Part shown: positions 9,268 to 21,219 of the stretch, piece after piece
Numbering within the stretch: position 1 is the stretch's first letter
Layout: every line of letters starts with the position of its first letter
Source: an uncultured Gimesia sp.
GTDB taxonomy: Bacteria > Planctomycetota > Planctomycetia > Planctomycetales > Planctomycetaceae
NCBI RefSeq assembly: GCF_963976445.1
Contig: NZ_CAXBKP010000008.1
Location: 42,026 to 106,025, forward strand
Length of the DNA: 64,000 bases
Direction: 5' to 3'
The notes under the pieces: generated by a model
Told to the model about the DNA's origin: nothing
Database searches by the model: none
Seen by the model: the letters and a program-made list of their open reading frames with translations, nothing else
Position numbers and translations under genes: made by a program

Positions 9268-9756
9268 CTAGCGAAACTCCCAAAATGTGACAGTTACTTT
9301 TTGGGCCTTTGAAAGTGTGGACTTTGGGAATTGGAAACGGACATTACACCCGGTAAAGAACTTACCTTTATTCCATTCCATTCTCATTGGAGCGCTCTGA
9401 CTGGATAACACATGATCATTTTCGCCATATAAGTCCAGGCTTACAATCATCGTAATACTGTGTTCCCTCTTTCCAGGATAACCCCAGATAGCAATGTCAT
9501 TGTTGCCCACTTGTAAGTTTGTTGGAATAAACGGGAGTTTCTTCCGCGTCGCTTCGTCAAAGAAATATTTTTCTCTCCGTTTAAATGGGCCATCAAAAGA
9601 AATGGATGTCTGTCTCTGTTGAAAGCGTATGAGTGGCAAATCAATCATGGGAACATTGATTAATGCGAATACTCCAGAAGCAAGAAATACACGCCTGGAA
9701 CAGAACTCTTTTTCATTTTTCGATTCTGTTTCTTGATCAGTCATTGTAAAATTCAC
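9268..9756 (-). CDS. Hypothetical protein with Tat-like SRRVFL motif
   Basis: 162-aa AT-rich ORF. Confidence 0.6.
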   Translation of the reverse strand: MNFTMTDQETESKNEKEFCSRRVFLASGVFALINVPMIDLPLIRFQQRQTSISFDGPFKRREKYFFDEATRKKLPFIPTNLQVGNNDIAIWGYPGKREHSITMIVSLDLYGENDHVLSSQSAPMRMEWNKGKFFTGCNVRFQFPKSTLSKAQKVTVTFWEFR

Positions 9757-10028
9757 TCCCTGAGTATTGGACTGAAGAGCGCCTGCTGATTATATCGCAC
9801 GCACGAAAATGAGCCCAGAACAATCTCAGGATGCGACACAAGGCCTGTAAAGAGAGCAGATCTCACTAAAACAAGACCCGGGCCTGTAATCAACGCATTT
9901 CCATAATCGTTTTCAGTCAATCGAAATGGATTCCGGTCAGGTCTTGCTTGACCCGACCGTTCACGTCGCTGATACTAACGGGAACCACTTTACAAACCGT
10001 TAGACTCTACTCGCTCAGAGGTCACATC

Positions 10029-11693
10029 ATGCCAGCTGCGACAGCGCTTCCCTCGTTTGAACTAAAATCACGAACAGTATCGATGCTTCAGAGAATCACA
10101 ACGCTCGTGTTGACTGTAGCGGCATTCGCTCTGATCCTCGTTCCACAAACAACGGTGTCTGCGGCTGAGAAGACAGGCGACCCGAATATCATTTACATCC
10201 TTGCCGATGATATGGGCTATGGTGACATTCGGGCGCTCAATCCGGAATGTAAAATCGCGACGCCGCATCTGGATCAACTGGCGCAGGGGGGCATGATTTT
10301 TACCGACGCCCATTCCAGTTCGTCCGTCTGCACTCCGACCCGCTATGGAATTCTGACGGGCCGCTACAACTGGCGTTCGCGTTTGAAGAGTGGCGTGCTC
10401 TGGGGATTGTCCCGTCGTCTAATTGAACCCGACCGGTTGACCGTTCCGGAAATGCTGAAGCAGCATGGTTACTATACTGCCTGTGTAGGCAAATGGCATC
10501 TGGGCATGGACTGGACGCTCAAGCAGGGAGGCATCGCGACCGAACAATCATATAACAAAAAAACCAATCCCGGCTGGGAAGTCGATTATTCTCAGCCGAT
10601 TCAGAATGGACCGAACAGCGTCGGCTTCGATTACTTCTTCGGCATCAGCGCTTCGCTCGACATGCCACCTTATGTTTATATTGAAAACAACCGCAGTCAG
10701 GGCATTCCGACTGTGACCAAAGCCTTCTTTCGAGATGGGCCCGCGCACAAAGACTTTGAAGCCATCGACGTGCTGCCTCGCACCACCGACAAAACAGTAG
10801 AGATTATCAATCAACGGGCCGCTGCTGCGAAAAAGGGTAAACCGTTCTTCATTTATTTTCCACTCAATGCACCGCACACGCCGATTCTACCCACGCCCGA
10901 ATGGCAGGGAAAAAGCGGCATCAACGCCTACTGTGATTTCGTAATGCAGGTTGATGACACGGTCGGCCAGGTGATGCGTGCCCTCAAAGCGCAAGGTATT
11001 GAAAAGAATACGCTGATCATTTTCACTGCCGACAATGGTTGTTCGCCTGCCGCCAACTTAAAAGAGATCACCGACAAAGATCACCATCCCAGTTATCATT
11101 TCCGCGGCCACAAAGCCGACATCTATGAAGGCGGACACCGCGTTCCGTTCATCGCCAACTGGCCCGCCCACATTAAAGCGGGAACTCACTCGGATCAATT
11201 GACGTGCCTGACCGACCTCATGGCCACCGCGGCGGACATCGTCGGTGCGAAGCTTCCCGATGAAGCGGGCGTCGACAGTGTCAGCATTCTATCAGCGATG
11301 GAAGGCAAGGCAGACACGCCGCTCCGCGAAGCCGCCGTCCATCATTCGATTCGCGGCGCGTTTTCGATTCGCAAAGATCACTGGAAGCTGGAACTCTGTC
11401 CGGGTTCGGGGGGCTGGAGTTTTCCCAAGCCGGGTAAGGATAACCTGAGTGATCTCCCGGCGATTCAGTTGTATGACTTGAACAACGATGTGGGAGAACA
11501 GAAGAATCTGCAGGCCGAACACCCGGAGGTGGTCAAACAATTAACGACATTACTACAGAGCTACGCCGACAAAGGCCGCTCCACTCCCGGCAAGCCACAA
11601 CAGAACAACGGCGCGGTCGATATCTTCAAAGCCGGCAAGTCGGCGCAACAGATGAAGAAGCCGGCAAAGAAACGCCCCAAAAAGAAATCGTAG
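10029..11693 (+). CDS. Arylsulfatase (formylglycine-dependent sulfatase)
   Basis: ADDMGYGD, CTPTR (CxPxR), GKWHLG, HTP and ADNG motifs. The ATG at 10029 is preferred to the track start at 9948. Confidence 0.93.
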   Translation: MPAATALPSFELKSRTVSMLQRITTLVLTVAAFALILVPQTTVSAAEKTGDPNIIYILADDMGYGDIRALNPECKIATPHLDQLAQGGMIFTDAHSSSSVCTPTRYGILTGRYNWRSRLKSGVLWGLSRRLIEPDRLTVPEMLKQHGYYTACVGKWHLGMDWTLKQGGIATEQSYNKKTNPGWEVDYSQPIQNGPNSVGFDYFFGISASLDMPPYVYIENNRSQGIPTVTKAFFRDGPAHKDFEAIDVLPRTTDKTVEIINQRAAAAKKGKPFFIYFPLNAPHTPILPTPEWQGKSGINAYCDFVMQVDDTVGQVMRALKAQGIEKNTLIIFTADNGCSPAANLKEITDKDHHPSYHFRGHKADIYEGGHRVPFIANWPAHIKAGTHSDQLTCLTDLMATAADIVGAKLPDEAGVDSVSILSAMEGKADTPLREAAVHHSIRGAFSIRKDHWKLELCPGSGGWSFPKPGKDNLSDLPAIQLYDLNNDVGEQKNLQAEHPEVVKQLTTLLQSYADKGRSTPGKPQQNNGAVDIFKAGKSAQQMKKPAKKRPKKKS

Positions 11694-11704
11694 TCGAACC
11701 TGCG

Positions 11705-11730
11705 GAGCCCCGCACCAACGGGGCTCTTTC
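11705..11730 (+). terminator. Intrinsic terminator after the sulfatase
   Basis: GAGCCCCG-CACCAA-CGGGGCTC followed by TTTC. Confidence 0.6.
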
Positions 11731-12125
11731 TATCTTATTAACAGATATCACGTTACGCCGATTTACCAGCTATCAAACTAGGCCGCTTTGACAGAAAAAC
11801 TTGAAATTCCTGCGAATTACGGTTATCCTGAATCCTTGATTTTTCTCCTCTAGACTGTGTCTAGTTTTACTGTAACGTCTCCAAGGCCATTTGGACCGAG
11901 TCTATTAGATTGAGAGACGCTATGGTAAAATGCGATGCGATCTAGAGTAAGGTCAACCACACAAACTCTCCCAGCGAAATTCAGCCCGTCAGACAGTGGT
12001 GTCTGGCTACCGTCCCCCGATTTCGGCGGTTCCGACGGACCGGCAATACTTTCAATTGTCTCACCAGGTAACCCCACGAGATTATTGCAGTCTTACGGTT
12101 GCGGCCTGACAGGGATTGAACGCGT

Positions 12126-14765
12126 ATGTATGGTTCTTTCGTTCCACGAACTCTCATCGTCGGGTTCTCGGTTTTAAGTATCGTCACTCTGGCTGCTCCG
12201 GCTTGCTCGGTGATTCTGACAGTCCCGTCCGCTACCCAGGCAGCGCCGCTTCCTGCCCAGAAACCGGGAACGGCTCCCCAGGTTGATTTTGAAAAATCGG
12301 TGCGGCCGCTGTTTACCAAATATTGTCAGGACTGTCACGGCCCCGATGCCCGCGAAGGGGGGCTGCGTTTAACGAACCGCAAAAACATTCTGCTCCGCAA
12401 CGATTCCGGCGAGCCGGCGATTGTGGTGGGGAAAAGTGACTTGAGTATTCTGATCCATCGCGTTTCGACACAAGATGAAAAAGAACAGATGCCGCCCGCG
12501 GATGTCGGCGAGCATCTCACCAAACAGGAAATCCAGATTCTAAAACAGTGGATTGATCAGGGCGCGAATTGGCCCACCGAATCAGACGCACCGAAACACT
12601 GGGCTTACGTGCCACCCGTGAAAAGCCCGGTTCCGGAAATCCAGGGATCGGCTCGCATTAATAATCCGATTGACACGTATGTTGTCGAAAAACTGAATCA
12701 GCAGACACCGCCTCTCACACAAGCGCTCCAGGCCAGCCCCGCCCGTTTGCTGCGACGTGTTTCGCTCGACTTGATCGGCCTGCCGCCAACTCCCGAAGAT
12801 GTTCAGGCGTTTGAAAAAGATCCTTCACCGGCCGCCTATGAAAAGTATGTCGATTCGCTACTCAAGTCGCCGCGTTACGGAGAAAAGTGGGCCCGTCAAT
12901 GGCTCGACCTCGCCCGCTATGCCGACTCGAACGGATTTCAGGCGGACCAGCTGCGTGAGATGTGGCTCTATCGTGACTGGGTGATCAACTCGATCAATCA
13001 GGATCTCCCCTTTGATCAGTTTACGATTCAGCAGATTGCCGGCGACCTGATTCCCCAAGCCACACTCAGCCAGAAAATTGCCACCGGCTTTCATCGCTGC
13101 ACCACCTGTAATGTGGAAGCGGGCGTCGACCCAGAAGAGAACCGCGTGAATCAGATCTTTGACCGGGTGAATACCACCGGTCTGGTCTGGCTGGGAACGA
13201 CGTTTGAATGTGCACAGTGTCACAATCATAAATACGACCCCTTCTCACAGCAGGACTATTACCAGATCTTTGCGTTCTTCAACAACACGCCGCTGGAAGT
13301 CAAACAGGTCGGTAAAAGTGTGACATTTGAAGTGACCGGCCCCAAGTTGGCGTTACCTTTGAACCCCAAAGAAATCAAGACGAAAGACGAACTCACCAAC
13401 GAGCGACTTGCCCTGCAGAAGCAATTAAAGGCCCGCGAGAAAGCACTGGCGCAAGCGGTGTCCGAGTGGGAACAGACGACGCTCGCTTTACTGGAGAACA
13501 GCGAAGAAAGCGCCAAAGTCCCCGTTGCCTTACAAAAGATATTACGAACGGAAGCCGAAAAGCGAACGGGCAAACAGACCAAATCGCTCACCCAGTTTCA
13601 GCAGCAGCAGGATCAAACCTATGCCGACCTGGAAAAAGATCTCAATCAAATTAAGCACGAATTAAAAGCATTTGAACCAGATTCTACACTGGTGATGGTC
13701 GAGATGCCCGAGCCGCGGATGAACAACATTTTCAAGCGAGGCGATTTTCTGAGCAAAGGCGCCGAGGTCACACCGCAAACGCCGGACGCCCTGCATCCTC
13801 TCAAGACAAAAGCGACGCCAAGCCGTCTGGAATTTGCGAAATGGCTGGCGGCGAAAGAAAACCCACTGGTGGCCCGCGTGACCGTCAATCGCTGGTGGTC
13901 TCAATTTTTCGGCCAGGGCATTGTCGCGACCCAGGAAGACTTCGGCAGTCAAGGCGATGCACCAACGCATCCCGAACTGCTGGACTGGCTGGCGGTGGAG
14001 TTCATGGAACATAACTGGTCGATGAAACGGATTCACAAATTGATCGTGATGTCAGACACCTATCAACAGTCGACGAAAGTCACGCCGGAGTTATTAGAAG
14101 CCGATCCCTACAACAAGCTGTATACCCGCGGCCCCCGACTCCGTTTGTCAGCCGAAAGTATTCGCGATAATGCCCTGGCGATCAGCGGGCTGCTTTCCAC
14201 GAAAATGGGAGGCCCGCCCGTTTACCCGCCGCAACCGAAGGGACTTTGGCGGCACGTTGGTCGGAATGCCCCCAAGTATCTCACGTCGACTGCAGAAGAT
14301 CGCTACCGCAGAGGCGTGTACGTGATCTGGCGACGCAGTGCCCCTTATCCCAGCTTTACCAACTTCGACGCACCGGACCGGGGTGCCTGTGTGATCAATC
14401 GTTCGCGCACGAACACGCCGCTGCAGGCACTCACGCTGTTGAATGATCCCGCTTATGTGGAAATTGGTATTGGTCTCGCGAAACGACTGGCAACGAAAGG
14501 CATGGAAACCGAGCTGAGTGACCGCGAACGAATCGCCTATGCGTTTCGTCTGTGTGTGGCCCGTGAACCAAAGAAGGTGGAAGTCGATCACCTGACAAAA
14601 GTCTTTCAGCAGGAATTAAAATACTTCCAGGAGCATCCACAGGCGGCTCAAAAACTGATCTCCGCCGATCACCGCCCGGAAGGCGTCGGTGCTACGCGGA
14701 TGGCAGCCTGGCTGTATGTCGCAAACATCCTGTTGAATCTTGATGAAACAATTACGAAGGGCTAA
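12126..14765 (+). CDS. Planctomycete cytochrome c + DUF1549/DUF1553 (PSD1) protein
   Basis: CQDCH heme motif, [35 protein letters not shown] and [11 protein letters not shown]. Confidence 0.92.
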   Translation: MYGSFVPRTLIVGFSVLSIVTLAAPACSVILTVPSATQAAPLPAQKPGTAPQVDFEKSVRPLFTKYCQDCHGPDAREGGLRLTNRKNILLRNDSGEPAIVVGKSDLSILIHRVSTQDEKEQMPPADVGEHLTKQEIQILKQWIDQGANWPTESDAPKHWAYVPPVKSPVPEIQGSARINNPIDTYVVEKLNQQTPPLTQALQASPARLLRRVSLDLIGLPPTPEDVQAFEKDPSPAAYEKYVDSLLKSPRYGEKWARQWLDLARYADSNGFQADQLREMWLYRDWVINSINQDLPFDQFTIQQIAGDLIPQATLSQKIATGFHRCTTCNVEAGVDPEENRVNQIFDRVNTTGLVWLGTTFECAQCHNHKYDPFSQQDYYQIFAFFNNTPLEVKQVGKSVTFEVTGPKLALPLNPKEIKTKDELTNERLALQKQLKAREKALAQAVSEWEQTTLALLENSEESAKVPVALQKILRTEAEKRTGKQTKSLTQFQQQQDQTYADLEKDLNQIKHELKAFEPDSTLVMVEMPEPRMNNIFKRGDFLSKGAEVTPQTPDALHPLKTKATPSRLEFAKWLAAKENPLVARVTVNRWWSQFFGQGIVATQEDFGSQGDAPTHPELLDWLAVEFMEHNWSMKRIHKLIVMSDTYQQSTKVTPELLEADPYNKLYTRGPRLRLSAESIRDNALAISGLLSTKMGGPPVYPPQPKGLWRHVGRNAPKYLTSTAEDRYRRGVYVIWRRSAPYPSFTNFDAPDRGACVINRSRTNTPLQALTLLNDPAYVEIGIGLAKRLATKGMETELSDRERIAYAFRLCVAREPKKVEVDHLTKVFQQELKYFQEHPQAAQKLISADHRPEGVGATRMAAWLYVANILLNLDETITKG

Positions 14766-14767
14766 TC

Positions 14768-16192
14768 ATGAACGAGCATTTGCAACAGCTGCTGAATTAT
14801 ACCCGTCGTGAATTTTTTCAACGGGCCGGCATGGGGGTCGGCGGCGCTGCGTTGACTTCACTCCTGGCAAATGATCTGCAGGCGAAAACTCCCACTGGCG
14901 CCAATCCGATGGCGGCCCGCAAATCGCATTTTACACCCAAGGCGAAAAATGTAATCTTCCTGCACATGGTAGGAGCGCCCTCGCATCTCGATCTGTACGA
15001 TGCGAAACCCAAACTGCAAGAGCTGGATGGTCAACTGGTTCCCGACAAACTCTGGAAAGGGTTGCGGCTGGCGTTCATTCGCGAGCAACCCAAGCTGATG
15101 GGCAGTCCGTTTGCCTTCAACCAGCAAGGCGAAGCGGGCCTTTCCATTTCCGAGTTGATGCCGCACCTGGGCTCGGTTTCGGATGAACTCTGCATGATCC
15201 ATTCCTTGAAAACCGATCATTTCAATCACGCTCCCGCACAACTGTTTTTCCAGACGGGTTTCTCACGCTTTGGTCGCCCTTCTCTGGGATCCTGGGTGAA
15301 TTATGGTCTGGGTTCGGAAAACAGTAACCTGCCCGGCTTTGTGGTTTTGATTACGGGCAACGTCGCGGGAGCCGGCAACAGCTTGTGGGGTAGCGGTTTC
15401 CTTCCCAGCATCTATCAGGGTGTCGAATTTCGTTCTTCGGGAGATCCGGTTCTGTTTCTGTCGAATCCGAAAGGCATGACGGGTGAAGATCGCAAACGGA
15501 TTATTGACAGCGTGAATCATTTAAACAAAGTCCAGTTGGCCGACATCGGCGATCCTGAAATTGCGACCCGGATTAATCAATATGAAATGGCTTACCGCAT
15601 GCAGTCGGCCGTTCCCGAGCTGATGGACATTTCCAACGAGCCGAAGCACATTCACGAACAGTATGGCACCCAGCCGGGCAAAGCCAGCTTCGCGAATAAC
15701 TGCCTGTTGGCCAGACGACTGGTCGAGCGCGGCGTGCGATTCGTGCAACTGTTTGATCAGGGATGGGACCATCACGGCAGTCTGGTCAAAGGCCTTCAAA
15801 GGAAATGTAAACAGGTCGACCAGCCGATCACCGCGCTGATCAAAGACCTGAAACAGCGCGGACTGCTGGATGATACGCTGGTGGTCTGGGGCGCTGAGTT
15901 CGGCCGCACGCCGATGGTGCAGGGAGACCGCAAAGCACCCGGCCGCGATCATCATAAAGATGCCTACACGGTCTGGATGGCAGGCGGCGGTGTGAAACGC
16001 GGATTTGCATTTGGCAAAACCGACGATATTGGATTCCATGTTGCGGAAAACCCGATGCACGTGAACGATTTTCATGCCACGTTGCTGCATCTGCTCGGCA
16101 TGGACCATGAGCGGCTGACCTTCAAGTTTCAGGGACTCGACATGCGGGTCACTGGTGTTGCCGGCAATGTGGTTCCTGAGATTCTTGCCTGA
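14768..16192 (+). CDS. DUF1501 family protein (Tat-exported)
   Basis: TRREF Tat motif, [29 protein letters not shown] and GRDHH. Usual partner of PSD1. Confidence 0.92.
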   Translation: MNEHLQQLLNYTRREFFQRAGMGVGGAALTSLLANDLQAKTPTGANPMAARKSHFTPKAKNVIFLHMVGAPSHLDLYDAKPKLQELDGQLVPDKLWKGLRLAFIREQPKLMGSPFAFNQQGEAGLSISELMPHLGSVSDELCMIHSLKTDHFNHAPAQLFFQTGFSRFGRPSLGSWVNYGLGSENSNLPGFVVLITGNVAGAGNSLWGSGFLPSIYQGVEFRSSGDPVLFLSNPKGMTGEDRKRIIDSVNHLNKVQLADIGDPEIATRINQYEMAYRMQSAVPELMDISNEPKHIHEQYGTQPGKASFANNCLLARRLVERGVRFVQLFDQGWDHHGSLVKGLQRKCKQVDQPITALIKDLKQRGLLDDTLVVWGAEFGRTPMVQGDRKAPGRDHHKDAYTVWMAGGGVKRGFAFGKTDDIGFHVAENPMHVNDFHATLLHLLGMDHERLTFKFQGLDMRVTGVAGNVVPEILA

Positions 16193-16205
16193 CCAGAAAC
16201 GCGTG

Positions 16206-16661
16206 TCAGTCTTCGGTTCGCAGCATCGGCTGGACTTCGGTCACGAAATCGTTGGCATCGGTAAAGTTGCGATAGACCGACGCGAATCGCACAAAGGCAA
16301 CCCCATCAACGTCTTTCAAAACAGTCGAAACATGCTCGCCGATAAATCGCGACGGAACTTCGCGATCAAAATTCTCATAGATCTCGGCCTCGATCTGTGA
16401 AACGATGGCTTCAATTTCATCGGGGCTGACCGGTCTTTTGTAGCAGGCGGTCTCAATTCCCTTGACCATCTTGGTGCGATCAAAGGGGACACGGGCGCCA
16501 TCTTTCTTGATGACTTTCAGCGGCGACTCTTCGATCTTTTCGTAAGTCGTATAGCGTTTTCCGCAGGCCAGGCACTCTCGTCGTCGGCGCACACTAAAAG
16601 GTTGACTCAAACGTGAATCAATTACTTTCGTCTCACCATCACGACAAAAAGGGCACATCAT
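16206..16661 (-). CDS. nrdR: Transcriptional repressor NrdR
   Basis: CPFC...DSR...[17 protein letters not shown] zinc ribbon, ATP cone and [10 protein letters not shown]. Confidence 0.95.
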   Translation of the reverse strand: MMCPFCRDGETKVIDSRLSQPFSVRRRRECLACGKRYTTYEKIEESPLKVIKKDGARVPFDRTKMVKGIETACYKRPVSPDEIEAIVSQIEAEIYENFDREVPSRFIGEHVSTVLKDVDGVAFVRFASVYRNFTDANDFVTEVQPMLRTED

Positions 16662-16843
16662 AAAGACGCGACTCCTGGTACTTAAACAACAGAACCCCCC
16701 CTTCACATTCCGGGAAAGTCTGCCTATTGATATTTAAAAATAGCATGATCGTATCCGATTCACCAGTCAATTGTTCAGAAATCCAGAATTTTTAGGGGTT
16801 TACGAAAATCAACTTCGATGAACATCGTTTGAAAATGAGCATG

Positions 16844-17026
16844 CTATTCGATCGGGCGATCCAGAATTTCTTCATGCGCCCGCGACTCGTCCACGTCGGC
16901 TTTCAAGTCGTTTAATGTGTCACGGAGTTCCGCTTTGACACCAAACGAGACGTAAACCAGCACCACCAGAAATGCCAAACCACTGGTCAGCAGCAAGATC
17001 GTCCAGATCGTCATCCATACATACAT
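16844..17026 (-). CDS. Small membrane protein associated with the symporter
   Basis: 60 aa with one TM helix, directly downstream of the SSS gene. Confidence 0.65.
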   Translation of the reverse strand: MYVWMTIWTILLLTSGLAFLVVLVYVSFGVKAELRDTLNDLKADVDESRAHEEILDRPIE

Positions 17027-17044
17027 GTTCTACTCTCACTAACT

Positions 17045-18574
17045 TCAGGAGGGAGTGCCTGAATCGATGGAATTCGGTTGTGTGGTTTTATCAGGAAATG
17101 CCAGCGACCCGGCGACATAAACAACAGTGGAAAATAGAAACGTCAGCAGTGTGAGGTGGGTCCCGTTGACATCCAGTGAGAACCATTGATTAATTCTTGT
17201 CACGCAAGGCCCCATCGCCGAGAGTCCCAGCAAGCCACCCAGAATGGCGCCAAGTGCGCCGATCTGACTGCCCCGTTTCCAGTATAAACCACCGACAACA
17301 GTGGGAATGGCACCCGAAAGATAGACGGCTCCGGTGACCGCGAGATAACCCCAGAGGTCACTGCTGACTTCATACCACAGCCCCCAGATCAACAGCATGG
17401 CCCCGATCACAAAGATAGCAATTCGTGTGACTAAAATCCGTGAACGCTGACTCATGGGACCAACCAGTGGTGCGACAATGTCCTGTGTAATCACGCCGCT
17501 CCAGCAGAGCAGATAGCTGTCGTGTGTCGACATAAAGGCGGCAATCATACCCGCGGTGACCAAACCCAGTAATCCGGTCGGCACCACTTTCGCCAGGAAA
17601 AGCGGCATCGCTGACAACGAAGTAATCGAACTATTGGTTTCGACCGCGTGTTCAAATTCCGCGAAGAGTTCTGGTTGTGAAGCGAAAAACGCGAATGTTC
17701 CAATACCCCAGAACACCGGCAAGGCACGTCGTGCCAGGAAGGAAACGGAGCTTAGTGCATACAGTTTCTGCGCCACCGCAGCGCTTTGACAGGAAAGCGT
17801 TCGTGCTGCGCTGGTCGGCCAGAGCATGGCCGCCGATCCAATAATGATCGTCATCTGGATGATTTGCAACCACCCGATGCCCGGCCCTTTCCCCGACGGA
17901 TTCTCAGAATTGAACGGGTTGAAGTAACCATTTTGTTGTGTGGTAATCGCCGCCAATCCGTCCCAGCCAATACTCCAGAAAACAACGCCGGTCACAATCA
18001 CCATGCCGGTTCCCAGAATCAAAAATTGAATCAGGTCGGTAATCACGACCGAGACCATGCCTCCGAGTACCGTGTAGAACAGCACGAGTAACAACAGGCC
18101 TGTCATGATCAGCTTGAGTGACATTTCATCCTGCAGACCGGAAATCGCGGTCAGGAACTGGGAACCGGCTTTCAGAAAGAGTCCCATATTCAACACGCCG
18201 GAAACCACCATTACGAGCGCTCCCACCACGCGCACCTTCTGCGAATAACGTTTTTCGTAATATTCCGGGATCGTCATGATCGAGGAATCGCGCAGCCGAT
18301 AGACGACAAATCCGGTCAGACCGATGATTAACACGGCCCCCGCTTCCAGAAATGCGAGGTACAAAGAAGCATATTGCTGCATAAAACCGAGTTCGGCCAT
18401 GTACATCACGGTGACCAGCCCGAGTTCGGTGCCCGTCATTGTCGCCAGAGCCATTCTGATACGGAGTTTTCGTCCTGCCACCAGATAATCAGACAGGTTT
18501 CCGACGTAACGATTGGCCCACAAACCAATTACGATCGAAGTTAGCAGGTAGCAACCGACGATCGACCAGTCCAT
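17045..18574 (-). CDS. Sodium:solute symporter family protein
   Basis: 509 aa, many TM helices, DYLVAGR, TIPEYYEKRYS, YTVLGGMVSVVITD and AAFMST. Confidence 0.9.
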   Translation of the reverse strand: MDWSIVGCYLLTSIVIGLWANRYVGNLSDYLVAGRKLRIRMALATMTGTELGLVTVMYMAELGFMQQYASLYLAFLEAGAVLIIGLTGFVVYRLRDSSIMTIPEYYEKRYSQKVRVVGALVMVVSGVLNMGLFLKAGSQFLTAISGLQDEMSLKLIMTGLLLLVLFYTVLGGMVSVVITDLIQFLILGTGMVIVTGVVFWSIGWDGLAAITTQQNGYFNPFNSENPSGKGPGIGWLQIIQMTIIIGSAAMLWPTSAARTLSCQSAAVAQKLYALSSVSFLARRALPVFWGIGTFAFFASQPELFAEFEHAVETNSSITSLSAMPLFLAKVVPTGLLGLVTAGMIAAFMSTHDSYLLCWSGVITQDIVAPLVGPMSQRSRILVTRIAIFVIGAMLLIWGLWYEVSSDLWGYLAVTGAVYLSGAIPTVVGGLYWKRGSQIGALGAILGGLLGLSAMGPCVTRINQWFSLDVNGTHLTLLTFLFSTVVYVAGSLAFPDKTTQPNSIDSGTPS

Positions 18575-18872
18575 CCAGGTGAAATTTGTATCGTAAAGAG
18601 AAATGGTCTGCTCCCCTTGGTCCTGGTTTCGAAGCTGAATTTCCTCATTTCACGGAAAACAGCGGAAAGGTTTCATTTAGCAGCGGTTGCAATCAAAGCC
18701 GATTCCTTTTACCATATGTCGCTTCGCAAATCGTCACGGCTCAATGACCGTTTGACCAGCAGGCTGATTCAGCCCATCTTGCGAACGAGACACCACTATG
18801 CCAATTTTGACAGTCAATTTCTAGAGTAACTGACTGGCTTCGAAATAACATCTATTATGAGGGGATGACACC

Positions 18873-19076
18873 GTGTCACTCGACAAAAGTTTGAAGAGCA
18901 AAAGTACGCTGGTTCGTGCACGTAACGTATTGAAGCGCGCAGAGCGTATTGAAAAATTGAAATTCGAAGATCGCTGGGTCGAAGGACAGGGCGCCCTTGG
19001 TTTGCCTAAAGTTCGTGTGGAAAAAATTTCGCTCGGCAAGAAGAAGAAAAAGAAGAAAGACGGCGAAGATGATTAA
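18873..19076 (+). CDS. PVC-superphylum small basic (signature) protein
   Basis: MSLDKSL...RNVLKRAERI.KL......W.EG...LGLPKV with a Lys-rich tail, the TIGR04137-type pattern. Confidence 0.85.
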   Translation: MSLDKSLKSKSTLVRARNVLKRAERIEKLKFEDRWVEGQGALGLPKVRVEKISLGKKKKKKKDGEDD

Positions 19077-19095
19077 TCGTCTGGTCGCGTAAGGG

Positions 19096-19130
19096 GAAGG
19101 AGAGTTCTCTGGTTCTGACAACTCTCCTTC
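19096..19130 (+). terminator. 11-bp hairpin downstream of the small basic protein gene
   Basis: GAAGGAGAGTT-N13-AACTCTCCTTC, with no clear U-tract. Confidence 0.4.
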
Positions 19131-19179
19131 ACTCCAACCCTTCACTTAAGCGCAGTACAATTCAACCGGGGAGCAAGGA

Positions 19180-20868
19180 ATGCACGCCCTGTATCTGCTA
19201 CGGGCTGCCGGAGGCACTTTCACACGACGTCGCTATCGTCGTGCCGCCCATTCTTTTCTCGCTCTTACAAAAGACTGCCGCCAGGTCCAGCAACAAACGC
19301 TGCGCCGTATTCTGCGCTTGAATGCCGATAGTGACTTCAGCCGGCAATGGAACCTGGACGACTCCTGCACGATCGAAGAGTTCCAGTCCCGCTTTCCGGT
19401 TTCTGACTACGAACGTTTCCGCCCGTATATTGATCGTGTCAAAAACGGTGAGACTTCGGCACTATTAGGAACGGCCAATCGACTGCTGATGTTTACGCTG
19501 AGCAGCGGCACGACTTCCGATTCCAAATTCATTCCGATTACCGAACCGTTTCTCAAAGATTATCGTCAGGGCTGGCAGAACTGGGGCATTCTGGCGTACG
19601 ACGATTTCCCTTCACTCAAATACCAAAACATCGTTCAACTCTCGAGTAATTTCGATAAGTTTCGCACTCCGGGAGGAACGCCTTGCGGAAATATCAGCGG
19701 GCTGGTTGCCGCCATGCAGAGCCCGGTTGTGAAATTACTTTACACCGTTCCCAGTGAAGTCTCACAGATTGATCAGGCGCAGTTGAAATATTACACGGCG
19801 ATCCGTCTCTCGCTGGCCGACCGCCACGTGGGCATGATCACGACGGCGAATCCGAGCACGCTGTTACATCTGGCACGATTCACTGACCAGCATCGGGAAT
19901 CACTGGTCCGCGATATCGCCGATGGCACACTGACGGGAGCCGACGAGCTTGATGCGACGATTTATCAGAAACTGAAACCACGCTTACAACGCAAGCAGAA
20001 ACAGCGGGCGAAGGAACTGGAATCGATTATCGAACGCACGGGGCATCTTTATCCGCGCGAGTTCTGGCCCGGTCTCTCCTTGCTGGCTGTCTGGATGGGC
20101 GGCAGTGCCGGGGCCTATCTGTCACAGCTCACTCCTTACTACGGCGACTTGCCGATCCGAGATCATGGTCTCTCTGCCAGTGAAGGCCGCATGACAATTC
20201 CATTAGAGTCAGGCACGTCGACCGGCGTATTGGATATCACCTCACACTTTTTCGAATTCGTTCCGGAAGATGAAGACCCGCTGACGTCAACCAATGTGCT
20301 CACCGCCGATCAACTAGAGACCGGGCGAAACTATTTTATTCTCCTCACGACACTGTCGGGCCTGTATCGTTATCACATCTGTGATGTCGTGCGTTGTACG
20401 GGCTTTTATCAAGCGACACCGCTGCTGGAATTTCTGCATAAGGGTGCGCATATTTCTAATCTGACCGGTGAGAAAATTACGGAATCACAGGTGGTCGATT
20501 CCGTTCGCCAGGCGGTTCAGATAACGTCACTGGAAATTGGTCAGTATTCACTGATCCCCAAATGGGACGAACCGCCCCATTATCAACTGTTGGTTGAAGA
20601 GGGGGCTGCTCTGGCTGCAACACAACTGCCCGAGTTGCTGAATCAGATTGATACGCTGCTGCAACAGTCCAATTGTGAGTATGAAGAGAAGCGCCAATCG
20701 GGGCGCCTCGCACCGCTGCAACTCTGCCCACTTGCCAAAGGGACCTGGCAACGTTTCGCGCAGGAACGACAGAAGAAACTGGGGGGCAGTATCGAACAAT
20801 ACAAGCACCCTTGCCTGATCCCCGAACTCGATTACGCGGCTCAAATTCTCGACCGCTTTTCAAACTGA
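19180..20868 (+). CDS. GH3 family acyl-adenylate/amido synthetase-like protein
   Basis: TLSSGTT, SASEG and GLYRY..CDVV motifs of GH3 proteins. Confidence 0.85.
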   Translation: MHALYLLRAAGGTFTRRRYRRAAHSFLALTKDCRQVQQQTLRRILRLNADSDFSRQWNLDDSCTIEEFQSRFPVSDYERFRPYIDRVKNGETSALLGTANRLLMFTLSSGTTSDSKFIPITEPFLKDYRQGWQNWGILAYDDFPSLKYQNIVQLSSNFDKFRTPGGTPCGNISGLVAAMQSPVVKLLYTVPSEVSQIDQAQLKYYTAIRLSLADRHVGMITTANPSTLLHLARFTDQHRESLVRDIADGTLTGADELDATIYQKLKPRLQRKQKQRAKELESIIERTGHLYPREFWPGLSLLAVWMGGSAGAYLSQLTPYYGDLPIRDHGLSASEGRMTIPLESGTSTGVLDITSHFFEFVPEDEDPLTSTNVLTADQLETGRNYFILLTTLSGLYRYHICDVVRCTGFYQATPLLEFLHKGAHISNLTGEKITESQVVDSVRQAVQITSLEIGQYSLIPKWDEPPHYQLLVEEGAALAATQLPELLNQIDTLLQQSNCEYEEKRQSGRLAPLQLCPLAKGTWQRFAQERQKKLGGSIEQYKHPCLIPELDYAAQILDRFSN

Positions 20869-21219
20869 GTTCGATGCAGCCTTCGGTTCCGACATAAAAC
20901 GGGAACGTGCGTCTGCTTAATCCCGCTTCCTAAAAACAGCCGCTGTTGATTACATCAGCATCAGTGCATGCATGCTGTTTCAAAATGTTGTTTTTTGGCA
21001 ACATGAACGGTCTCTGGTTTCCTGAATTCGTCCGTGTAAAAATCGCTGAAAATGAATGCAGTAACTGAGTTTTCGACAGATCAGATATTTAAGCGCTGCT
21101 TACATATTTAACCAGATACATTGACAGAATTGCATATCGCTACAATCCACACTTTGAATTTGAATTTTGTTTTAATTCTCTGTAATAATCTGAGGATTTT
21201 CTCGTTAGGTTCGTAATGA

